A stretch of 63,800 nt of DNA, filler included, from Actinobacteria bacterium UBA7524 (GTDB lineage: Bacteria > Actinomycetota > Coriobacteriia > Anaerosomatales > UBA912): assembly GCA_002478275.1 (NCBI GenBank). It is 5 parts of 4 records of this genome, joined end to end, with 100 filler letters (N's around TTAATTAATTAA, not from the genome) between each part and the next. Parts side by side here need not be neighbours in the genome. Positions count along the whole stretch, not along the records: positions 15,907 to 42,955 come from DLMY01000009.1; positions 43,056 to 63,800 come from DLMY01000004.1; 3 more parts are not named here. One strand, written 5' to 3'. The notes beneath the pieces are model-generated. The model worked only from the letters and a program-made list of their open reading frames with translations, was not told the origin of the DNA and did no database searches. The translations under genes were made by a program, and so were the position numbers. Within the stretch, counting starts at the first letter, position 1, and each line of letters opens with the position of its first letter. Shown here in pieces: positions 40,741 to 49,313 of the stretch.

Positions 40741-41649
40741 CTATTTCTTGCCGACGAGAGTTCTCAGCGTCGTGCCCATCAGATCCATGAAGTTCGCGAA
40801 GAAGTACTCGAATCGACCCATCTCGTCCTTCGAACCGCTTGGCTCATAGTGCGCATCGTAGTCACCGCCCGCCACACGCATGGAGATCTCCTCCATGCCG
40901 GCGGTCATACGATTGAGGCGCTTGATGACCAGTGTCTGGATCATGCCGGCGATCAGCACGATTGCAACCGCGATGGTAGCCAGGAACACCCACAGCGTAT
41001 TCATCATCATCTCTTTGGCGTGATCCGCGTCCCAGGTGATGTCGTCGAGCGCATAGACGAGGGCCACGGGGGACCCAGCGGCATCGGTCAGCGGGAATAC
41101 CGCATGTGTACGGCTGATTCCCTCGTCGTTCCAGGCGACACCCCAGTACGCCCCATCATCGCCCACCGAATCGTGACACATACGTGAACACGCTCCGTTT
41201 TCCACCCCGACGATTCGGCCGATATCAGGCACAGATGACGCAGCCAGCTCGAGGCGCATGAAGTCAGCCACTTCGGAACCGGTGACCGCGACGAGCACGT
41301 TCGTGTCCCGCTCGCTCCAGTTGTTCGGAAGCCCTCGTTCGCCGAGCATGTCGGTGTAGGTATCCTCGTCCAGTGAGTCCTTCTCCACCAACAGGCCGTA
41401 GTCCGCTCCGGTCACCGATTTCATAGCCGACAGAAGTTCCTCGGCCTCCTCGGGCGAGTAGACATCCAGGTCCTCGTGCTCTATGACGTGACTCAATGTG
41501 GCCTTGCCCAGGGTGACGGTGCGTTCAGCGACCACCTCGACATCGACGACGTAGGCCTGGTGGAGGAATACCATCATCACTACAGCCCCTAGCAGGTTCA
41601 CTGCGATGATGCCTCCGAGAATCTTCCAGCGTATCGAGATGTTCTTCAT
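40741..41649 (-). CDS. Membrane sensor with a HAMP domain and no output domain
   Basis: TM-extracellular-TM, HAMP (GDYDA...DEMGRF), then ends. The extracellular part has CSRMCH. Confidence 0.75.
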   Translation of the reverse strand: MKNISIRWKILGGIIAVNLLGAVVMMVFLHQAYVVDVEVVAERTVTLGKATLSHVIEHEDLDVYSPEEAEELLSAMKSVTGADYGLLVEKDSLDEDTYTDMLGERGLPNNWSERDTNVLVAVTGSEVADFMRLELAASSVPDIGRIVGVENGACSRMCHDSVGDDGAYWGVAWNDEGISRTHAVFPLTDAAGSPVALVYALDDITWDADHAKEMMMNTLWVFLATIAVAIVLIAGMIQTLVIKRLNRMTAGMEEISMRVAGGDYDAHYEPSGSKDEMGRFEYFFANFMDLMGTTLRTLVGKK

Positions 41650-42955
41650 CGGTCGTCCTCCCTAGACGTAGCCCCGTTTGTAGACTTCACCTTCACCTCA
41701 TGGCAATTCAAACACACGACACCCGGTTCTTCTTCAGGACAAGCTTCCTCTTGACCTGAAGTGCCCTGCTTGTTCGGTGCAGGCTTGGATGCGGGTGGCT
41801 TATCCGGTACGGGCGCGCTCGTAGCCGGTGCGGACTCGATCGTCGGCTCGCCTGGCTCGACGACGTCGGTGTCTTTCGAAGACGGCGTACTGGTCGCATC
41901 GAAGGATTCCGTCCCGCTCTCCTTCTTGACCTTGGGCGCATCGGCCGTCATATGAAGCTCGATGCTCACGTCGAACGCCGGATCGGGTATGCAGGCCGGC
42001 GTCGGCGATGCGACCGCGTCGGGGCCGTCCAGCAAGCCACTCCAGTGACACGCGATGCAACGGCGGTCGCCGCCTGCTACGGCGGCAGTCACTGCAGGGA
42101 GACCGGCGTACGTACCGTTGCCCGGGTCTGAAGTGTTGTTGTGGCAGACCCGGCATACACTGCCTGACGTACCTTCCATGGTGCCAACCGACCAGCTGGA
42201 AGCGTGCTGTACCACCAGATCGGTCGCGTGACACACGCCGAGGCAACCCCGATTCTCACCAAAGCCGTAAGTGACGCCTCCGACGGTGCCTGTGAGATCG
42301 GCAGAGTGCTCGACGAAGTGCTCGGTGGCACTGAAGAGACGGTGACACGCATTCGCGTCCGACGGGCCACCGCAGCTGTTGCGTTGCAGGCCGGTCGCCG
42401 TGTGGCATCCCCAGATGAAACAGCCAACGGCACGGTGCACCGTGCTGAGGTCGGCCGTGTGATGGCAGCCTGAGGTGTTACATGTGCCCGGCACAGGATC
42501 CCCGGTCAGGGCAAGCTCGATGCCTGCGTGCGCCACAGGCATCCCGAGATGGTAGTTCCCGCTGGTNNNNNNNNNNNNNNNNNNNNNNNNNNNNNNNNNN
42601 NNNNNNNNNNNNNNNNNNNNNNNNNNNNNNNNNNNNNNNNNNNNNNNNNNNNNNNNNNNNNNNNNNNNNNNNNNNNNNNNNNNNNNNNNNNNNNNNNNNN
42701 NNNNNNNNNNNNNNNNNNNNNNNNNNNNNNNNNNNNNNNNNNNNNNNNNNNNNNNNNNNNNNNNNNNNNNNNNNNNNNNNNNNNNNNNNNNNNNNNNNNN
42801 NNNNNNNNNNNNNNNNNNNNNNNNNNNNNNNNNNNTGGCAGCCGGCGATGTAGCAGCCTTTGTTCTGGTGCAGAGTCCTGATGTCTACCGTGGCATGACA
42901 GCCGGCGCGTACGCATGAACCGGGTACGGGGCTGTCGAAGCGGTTGATCTCGATA
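41646..42955 (-). CDS. Multiheme c-type cytochrome (5' partial, gapped)
   Basis: CRVCH, CIACH and CLNCH plus several CX3-8CH motifs on both sides of the gap. Confidence 0.75.
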
Positions 42956-43056
42956 NNNNNNNNNNNNNNNNNNNNNNNNNNNNNNNNNNNNNNNNNNNNT
43001 TAATTAATTAANNNNNNNNNNNNNNNNNNNNNNNNNNNNNNNNNNNNNNNNNNNNG

Positions 43057-44526
43057 GACAAGATGGCTGACCGTAGCTCGTCGATCTGCTCGTGGGACAC
43101 CGGCTACGTTAAGGTGCGAAACACTTTTGCACGCCAAGCGATTCCGATGGCTTGGGACTACGCTGAGGCGAATGCCTTCAGCTCCTCGACCGGCAACTTC
43201 ACAGGGGCGACCGAATGGATTGCAGAGGTACTCCATTCAGCCGTTCCGGCCACACAAGGCTTCGCCCGCCAACTCGACGCCACCGCCGCCATCGACGACA
43301 TCGACCATCCGCTCATCTCCACCGACCCGCCGTACTACGACAACATCGGCTACGCCGACCTCGCGGACTTCTTCTACGTGTGGCTGCGCCGCTCGCTCGG
43401 CTCGGTGTACCCGCAGCTCATGAGCACGCTGCTCGTCCCCAAATCGCAAGAGCTCGTCGCCACGCCGTACCGCTTCGACGGCGACAAGCGCAAGGCGCAG
43501 GAGTTCTTCGAGCACGGCCTCGGTCAGGCGTTCGAGCGCATGCGCAACGCGCACGACGCCCGCTTCCCGCTCACCGTCTACTACGCCTTCAAGCAGGCCG
43601 AAAGCGAGGACGGTGATACGGGCGCGGCTTCGACCGGCTGGGAGACGATGCTCGAAGGGCTCATCCGCGCTGGCTTCTCGGTGCTCGGCACCTGGCCGAT
43701 GCGAAGCGAGCTCTCGAACCGGCCCGTTGCCTCGGGCACCAACGCCCTCGCGTCCTCGATCGTCCTCGTCTGTCGCCCGCGCGCGAAAGACGCCCCGCTC
43801 GCCACCCGCGGCGAGTTCCTCAGGCGACTGCGCGACACGCTGCCTGCGGCGCTGCGCGCGCTCCAGCACGGCAGCATCGCCCCGGTCGACCTTGCGCAGG
43901 CCGCCATCGGGCCGGGCATGGCGGTCTTCTCGGCGTACTCCAAGGTCGTCGAGTCCGACGGCAGCCGCATGAGCGTCCGCACGGCGCTCGGCCTCATCAA
44001 CACCGTCCTCGACGAGGTGCTCTCCGAGCAGGAGGGCGAGTTCGACCCGGCGAGCCGGTGGGCGATCGCGTGGTTCGAGCAGTCCGGCTACGAGAGCGGC
44101 GCCTACGGGGTGGCGGAGGTGCTCGCCAAGGCCAAGGCGATCTCGGTCGAGGCGCTGGCGGCCGACGGCTTCGTGGAAGCGGCCGCGGGCAAGGTGCGCC
44201 TGCTTCGGCGCGACGAGCTTTCCGCGGGCTGGGACCCGGCCACCGACAAGCACCTCACCGTGTGGGAGATCACGCAGTACCTCGTCAAAGCGCTCGAGGA
44301 GCAGGGTGAGGCGGCGGCCGCACAACTGTTGCACGCCGTGGGTCCGTCGCTCGGCGAGACCGCGCGCGACCTCGCGTACCGGCTGTACGCGCTCTGCGAG
44401 CGGAAAGGCTGGGCGAAAGACGCGATGCCCTACAACGCGCTCGTCGTGGCGTGGCCGGAGCTCGTGCGGCTCGCGGCGAGCCAGAGCAACGCCGGCCCCG
44501 CGCAGGCGACGCTGGAGTTCTCGTGA
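43057..44526 (+). CDS. DUF1156-family adenine-specific DNA methyltransferase (5' partial)
   Basis: FARQAIPMAWDYAE, TDPPYYDNI, TNALASSIVLVCR. Confidence 0.9.
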   Translation, partial: DKMADRSSSICSWDTGYVKVRNTFARQAIPMAWDYAEANAFSSSTGNFTGATEWIAEVLHSAVPATQGFARQLDATAAIDDIDHPLISTDPPYYDNIGYADLADFFYVWLRRSLGSVYPQLMSTLLVPKSQELVATPYRFDGDKRKAQEFFEHGLGQAFERMRNAHDARFPLTVYYAFKQAESEDGDTGAASTGWETMLEGLIRAGFSVLGTWPMRSELSNRPVASGTNALASSIVLVCRPRAKDAPLATRGEFLRRLRDTLPAALRALQHGSIAPVDLAQAAIGPGMAVFSAYSKVVESDGSRMSVRTALGLINTVLDEVLSEQEGEFDPASRWAIAWFEQSGYESGAYGVAEVLAKAKAISVEALAADGFVEAAAGKVRLLRRDELSAGWDPATDKHLTVWEITQYLVKALEEQGEAAAAQLLHAVGPSLGETARDLAYRLYALCERKGWAKDAMPYNALVVAWPELVRLAASQSNAGPAQATLEFS

Positions 44527-44553
44527 GCGATTCGCTGTCACTGGGAGCGGGTA

Positions 44554-44582
44554 TTGTACCGATGGTAGCATGGTGCTACCGT
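44554..44582 (+). promoter_or_regulatory. Promoter with palindromic operator for the TAC module
   Basis: TTGTAC (44554-59), 17-bp spacer, extended -10 TG-C-TACCGT (hexamer 44577-82). Overlapped by GGTAGCA-TGG-TGCTACC (44564-80). Confidence 0.6.
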
Positions 44583-44604
44583 TATCGAGCGCGGTGCGCG
44601 TGAG

Positions 44605-44907
44605 ATGCCTCGCTACGACCCACAGGTGGTGGCGCGGCTCGCGCGCGACGGGAAGGTGATCGCGACCAAGCGGGTCACGCAGTGGCTGATGAACCACGAC
44701 TACGACGTGAAGGAGACGCTCGTCGAGGTGCTGACGTCGCTGGAGTCGGCAGGGCGGTTCCACAAGTCCTGCGAGCTTCTGAACGACGAGACCGCGGACA
44801 TCTACGTGGTGACGCTCGATGACGAGTGGTACGTCAAGTTCTGGGTCGACGAGGACCAGCTGGTCGTGGACGTGTGGTCGTGTTGCTGGGACGGAGCCGT
44901 GCACTAG
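44605..44907 (+). CDS. MqsR-family toxin (RelE-fold RNase)
   Basis: 100 aa, MPRYD...FHKS...ADIY...WYVKF; toxin-first order before an MqsA-like gene. Confidence 0.75.
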   Translation: MPRYDPQVVARLARDGKVIATKRVTQWLMNHDYDVKETLVEVLTSLESAGRFHKSCELLNDETADIYVVTLDDEWYVKFWVDEDQLVVDVWSCCWDGAVH

Positions 44908-44931
44908 CGGCTGAAGAGAGGCGAGGAAGCG

Positions 44932-45468
44932 GTGTATCCCAAGAAGTGTGCCGAGTGCGGCGGTGAGGTGCGGGTCTCGGTCGAGCCCGTAGTCGTCGAC
45001 GTCCGCGGCGAGCAGGTAAGCGTGCCCGGCATCGAGCATGGGCGCTGTTCGGCGTGCGGTGAGGAGTACCTGTCGCTCGATGCCGCCGAGGCGCTGCAGA
45101 GAGAGGCAGTGCGCCGCTCGAAAGCCGCGCGCGGGCTCATGTCGCCGGAGGAGATCCGTACGCTGCGGCACTCGCTGTCGCTCTCGCAGGCGGCCTTCGA
45201 GAAGTTGCTGGGCGTCGGACCCAAGACGGTCGTGCGCTGGGAGAAGGGCACGGTGTTCCAGAGTGCGACGGCCGATAGGCTCATGCGGCTCATCGCCGTC
45301 GAGCCGGGATTGGTCGACCTGCTGCAGGGCGACGCGCTCTACGCGGTCGCGGGCACGTGTGGCGTAAGCCGGGTCGCCGAGCACCTGAGCGGTGAGTGGC
45401 ACAGCCGTCCCATCAAGCGAGGCCACCTGAGGCTGGTGAAACGAGATGACAACGCCGCTGCAGCTTGA
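44932..45468 (+). CDS. MqsA-family antitoxin with a C-terminal extension
   Basis: CAECG...CSACG zinc ribbon; HTH LSQAAFEKLLGVGPKTVVRWEKG; ~45-aa tail. Confidence 0.88.
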   Translation: MYPKKCAECGGEVRVSVEPVVVDVRGEQVSVPGIEHGRCSACGEEYLSLDAAEALQREAVRRSKAARGLMSPEEIRTLRHSLSLSQAAFEKLLGVGPKTVVRWEKGTVFQSATADRLMRLIAVEPGLVDLLQGDALYAVAGTCGVSRVAEHLSGEWHSRPIKRGHLRLVKRDDNAAAA

Positions 45469-45877
45469 TGCCTACTGCATCGACCGCTTCGAGGTCACCG
45501 CGCTTTCGGGCTTCAAGGCCGGGCGCGGTGCTATCGCCGTCGAGGTCGACGTCGACCCGCAGCACCTCACGAAGGTCGACGACCCGTATTCGCACCAGGT
45601 CGTCCTCGACGTGAGGTTCAAGCCGGCTGCGTCCGGCTCGGCGCCCTACAAGGGCCGCATCGTCGGGCGCGGCTTCTTCCGCATCACCGAGGAGCTCGAC
45701 GAGGCCGCCGTCGCGCGCTACGTGCTGGTCAACGGCTCGGCGATCCTGCTCGGACTGTTGCGGGCGCACGTGGCGCAGACCACCGCGCTGTCCCGGTGGG
45801 GGCAGTTCCTCATCCCGCCGGTGAACCTCATCGAAGCGTTCAAGAACAAGGCGACACTCGCGGGGGAGGACGAGTAG
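45446..45877 (+). CDS. SecB-like chaperone of a toxin-antitoxin-chaperone system
   Basis: PLQLDAY..., GFF, NGSAILLGLLRAHVAQTT, FLIPPVNL; third gene after the TA pair. Confidence 0.8.
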   Translation: MTTPLQLDAYCIDRFEVTALSGFKAGRGAIAVEVDVDPQHLTKVDDPYSHQVVLDVRFKPAASGSAPYKGRIVGRGFFRITEELDEAAVARYVLVNGSAILLGLLRAHVAQTTALSRWGQFLIPPVNLIEAFKNKATLAGEDE

Positions 45878-48800
45878 ATGGCGCTCAGCAATCGCGATCG
45901 CGTGGGCAAGGGCCTTGACCTGCTCGCCCAAGGGCTTCGGCCCTTCTTCATGCGCGAGATGCACGCAGCGCTCGGTGACTCCTGGGCCGAGCAGGCCGCC
46001 GCCGGTGCTAAGGAGGGTTCGTCGGCGGCGGAGTTCCGCGACGTCTACGTGCTGCTCAAGGCCATGTGGGACTACTGGCACCAGGTGTTCGGCAAGGTGC
46101 TCGGGCACACGGAACGCACGCTCGTGAGCGAGCTTCGCGACGTACGCAACCGCTGGGCGCACAACGAGCCCTTCTCGGCGGATGACGCGTACCGCGCGCT
46201 CGACAGCATGCACCGCCTGCTGCTCGCCGTCTCGGCGCAAGAAGCGGTCGAGGCCGATCACATGAAGCAGGAGCTGCTGCGCATCCGCTTCGCCGAGTCC
46301 GCGAAGAAGGAGATAAAGCGCGCCGCGCAGACGGCGCTCGAGGGCATGCCGATGGCGGGTCTCAAGTTGTGGCGCATGGTCATCAAGCCGCACGACGACG
46401 TGAGCTCGGGCCGCTACCAGACGGCGGAGTTTGCGGCCGACCTCGGGCAGGTGCACCGCGGCGAGGGCAGCGACGAGTACCGCGAGCCTCGGGAGTTCTT
46501 CCGCCGCACCTACATGACCGAGGGCCTGCGCTCGCTGCTCGTACGCGCGCTCAAGCGCCTCGCCGACACCGGCGGCGACCCGGTCATCGAGCTGCAGACC
46601 AACTTCGGCGGCGGCAAGACCCACTCGCTGCTCGCCCTCTACCACCTCGTCTCAGGCGTCGATCCGGCGACGCTTCTCGGGGCCGACGTGGTGCTCAAGG
46701 ACGCGGGCCTCTCCGCGCTCCCGAAGGTCAACCGCGCCGTGCTCGTGGGCACCGCGATCTCGCCGGGTCAGCCGGACGTGAAGGCCGACGGCACCGAGGT
46801 GTGCACGCTCTGGGGCGAGATGGCCTGGCAGCTCGGCGGGGCCGAGGGCTACGCGATCGTCGCCGAGGCGGACCGCACCGGCACGAACCCCGGAACGAAG
46901 CTCAACGACCTGCTGCGTACGTACTCGCCGTGCATGGTGCTCATCGACGAGTGGGTCGCCTACGCGCGCCAGCTCTACGCGAACAGTGAGCTTCCGGCCG
47001 GCACGTTCGACACGCACTTCACGTTCGCCCAAGCGCTCACCGAGGCAGCTGCGGCCGTCCCGGGCGCGCTGCTCGTGGTGAGCATCCCGGCAAGCGACAA
47101 GGTCCGCGCGGTCCAGGGCGCCACCGGCGACGTGAGCGCGATCGAGATCGGCGGCGAAGGCGGCGTCGAGGCGCTGCGCCGCCTGAAGGCGGTCGTCGAG
47201 CGCGTGGCCGCCCAGTGGCAGCCGGCCAGCGCTGATGAGGCGTACGAGATCGTACGGCGCCGCCTGTTCGAGGAGATGACCGACCCCGACGCGTCTGCCG
47301 CGCGCGACGCGGTCATCGAGGCGTTCATGAACCTCTACCGTTCGCAGACGGGGGACTTCCCCGGTGAGTGCCGTGAAGCGGAGTACCGGCGGCGCCTCGA
47401 GGCGGCCTACCCGATCCACCCCGAGGTGTTCCAGCGCCTCTACGAGGACTGGTCCACGCTCGAGCGCTTCCAGCGCACCCGCGGCGTGCTGCGCCTCATG
47501 GCGGCCGTCATCCACGCGCTGTGGGTCCGCGAGGACGCGTCGCTGCTCATCCTGCCCGGCACGATCCCCATCGACGATGCGGACGTGCGCTTCGAGCTCA
47601 CGCGCTACGTCGAAGACACCTGGAAGCCGGTCATCGAGCGTGACGTCGACGGCCCAGCCTCGCTTCCTGTCGCACTCGACAAGGAAAACCCCAACCTCGG
47701 ACGGTACTCCGCGGCGCGGCGGGTCGCGCGCACGGTGTACATGGGCTCGGCGCCCACGGCGGCAACGACGCACCCGGGACTCGAGGACAAGCGCATCAAG
47801 CTCGGGTGCACGCAACCGGGCGAGACGCCGGCGGTGTTCGGCGACGCGTTGCGGCACCTCTCCGACAAGGCGACGCACCTCTACACGGACGGCTCCCGCT
47901 ACTGGTTCGCCACGCAGCCGAGCGTCACACGGCTCGCGCAGGAGCGCGCCGAGCAACTGCCCGAGGCCGACGTCCACGCCGAGATGGTCAAGTTCGTGCG
48001 TGCCGAGTGCGCGCAGCGATCGGACTTCTGCGCCGTGCACGTCGCGCCCGACTCGCCCGGTGATGTGCCCGACGAGGATGAGGTGCGCCTCGTCGTCCTC
48101 GGGCCGCGCTACCCGCACTCGCCCAAGGTGCAGCTCTCGGAGGCGACGAAGCGCGCGCAGGAGATCCTTGAGAGCAAGGGCTCAGCACCGCGCCGGTTCC
48201 GCAACATGGTCGTATTCCTCGCGCCCGACCGCACGGCGCTCGATGCGCTCGAGTCCGCGGTGCGGATGACGATGGCGTGGGACTCGATCGTGCGTGACTC
48301 CGGCGCGCTCAACCTCGACGCTTTCCAGAGCAGCCAGGCGATCAGCAAGTTGCAGCAGGCGAAGGAGGCCGCACAGCACCGGGTGTACGAGACGTACCAG
48401 TGGGTCATCGTGCCCTCGCAGCCCGACCCGCAGGGCGGCACCGAGTGGCGCCAGGTCAAGGCCGCCACACAAGGCCAGCTGCCGGAGCGCGCGGCGCGCA
48501 AGCTCAAGCACGAGGAGCAGCTGCTCACCGAGTGGGCAGGCGTGCTGCTCCGGCACCAGATGGACCGCATCCCGCTGTGGCCGCAAGGTGCAGGCCACAT
48601 CCAGGTCAAGGCGCTGTGGGAGCTCTTCGCGCAGTACCTGTACCTGCCGCGGCTCAAGGACATGGGTGTGCTGAGCGGCGCGATCCAGTCCGGCGTCATG
48701 GACACCGCCTGGCAACAGGACACGTTCGCCTACGCGGAGGCCTACGACGAGGCGAGCGGGCGCTACCAGGGTCTCAGGTGTGGCCAGATGACGAGCGTGC

Positions 48801-49192
48801 ACGCCACAGGGCTCGTCGTGCATCCGGACCACGCCGTCGGGGCAGATCCGCCGGTCGAGCCTGCGCCGCTCGGTCCGGGTGCCGGTCCGGGTGCCGGTCC
48901 GGGTGCCGAGCCGGAGCCAGGGGCGCCCCCGACACCCCCGGGTCCTGTGGAGTACCGACCGAAGCGCTTCTTCGGCGTCGTCACCGTCGACCCCGAGCGG
49001 CTCGGGCGAGATGCGGGGCTGATCGCCCAGGAGATCGTCGGCCATCTGCAGGCGCTGCCTGGCGCGAAGGTCACCGTCCAGCTCGAGATCGCTGCGGAGC
49101 TGCCTGACGGAGCACCGGAGAACGTGGTGCGGACGGTGTCTGAGAACGCGCGGACGCTCAAGTTCGAGCAGCAGGGGTTCGAAGAAGAGTAA
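45878..49192 (+). CDS. Swt1-like HEPN + DUF499 AAA+ ATPase
   Basis: RNRWAH (Rx4H), EFAADL, TNFGGGKTH, VLIDE, YPIHPE, FQRTRGVLR, VSENARTLKF. Confidence 0.9.
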   Translation: MALSNRDRVGKGLDLLAQGLRPFFMREMHAALGDSWAEQAAAGAKEGSSAAEFRDVYVLLKAMWDYWHQVFGKVLGHTERTLVSELRDVRNRWAHNEPFSADDAYRALDSMHRLLLAVSAQEAVEADHMKQELLRIRFAESAKKEIKRAAQTALEGMPMAGLKLWRMVIKPHDDVSSGRYQTAEFAADLGQVHRGEGSDEYREPREFFRRTYMTEGLRSLLVRALKRLADTGGDPVIELQTNFGGGKTHSLLALYHLVSGVDPATLLGADVVLKDAGLSALPKVNRAVLVGTAISPGQPDVKADGTEVCTLWGEMAWQLGGAEGYAIVAEADRTGTNPGTKLNDLLRTYSPCMVLIDEWVAYARQLYANSELPAGTFDTHFTFAQALTEAAAAVPGALLVVSIPASDKVRAVQGATGDVSAIEIGGEGGVEALRRLKAVVERVAAQWQPASADEAYEIVRRRLFEEMTDPDASAARDAVIEAFMNLYRSQTGDFPGECREAEYRRRLEAAYPIHPEVFQRLYEDWSTLERFQRTRGVLRLMAAVIHALWVREDASLLILPGTIPIDDADVRFELTRYVEDTWKPVIERDVDGPASLPVALDKENPNLGRYSAARRVARTVYMGSAPTAATTHPGLEDKRIKLGCTQPGETPAVFGDALRHLSDKATHLYTDGSRYWFATQPSVTRLAQERAEQLPEADVHAEMVKFVRAECAQRSDFCAVHVAPDSPGDVPDEDEVRLVVLGPRYPHSPKVQLSEATKRAQEILESKGSAPRRFRNMVVFLAPDRTALDALESAVRMTMAWDSIVRDSGALNLDAFQSSQAISKLQQAKEAAQHRVYETYQWVIVPSQPDPQGGTEWRQVKAATQGQLPERAARKLKHEEQLLTEWAGVLLRHQMDRIPLWPQGAGHIQVKALWELFAQYLYLPRLKDMGVLSGAIQSGVMDTAWQQDTFAYAEAYDEASGRYQGLRCGQMTSVHATGLVVHPDHAVGADPPVEPAPLGPGAGPGAGPGAEPEPGAPPTPPGPVEYRPKRFFGVVTVDPERLGRDAGLIAQEIVGHLQALPGAKVTVQLEIAAELPDGAPENVVRTVSENARTLKFEQQGFEEE
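48871..48907 (+). repeat. In-frame 12-bp tandem repeat x3 (GPGA linker)
   Basis: CGGTCCGGGTGC at 48871, 48883 and 48895. Confidence 0.9.
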
Positions 49193-49313
49193 GTGACGTC
49201 CCGGCGGAGCCAGAGACTGGAGCGGGCGGCGCCATGCGTCACCCGCTCATCTCACGTGACCGTGGGCGGCTGTGACCTGTAGGGCTGAGAATCCGGGTGA
49301 TGCAGGGTGTGTG

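Noticed and set aside
43237..45426. Long antisense ORFs (also 296-1465, 46652-48118, 62389-63750)
   Set aside because: Shadow ORFs opposite well-supported genes in high-GC DNA, with no motifs.
48871..48907. Phase-variation tract in DUF499
   Set aside because: The 12-bp unit keeps the frame and encodes a flexible Pro/Gly linker, so a copy-number change would not switch the gene.
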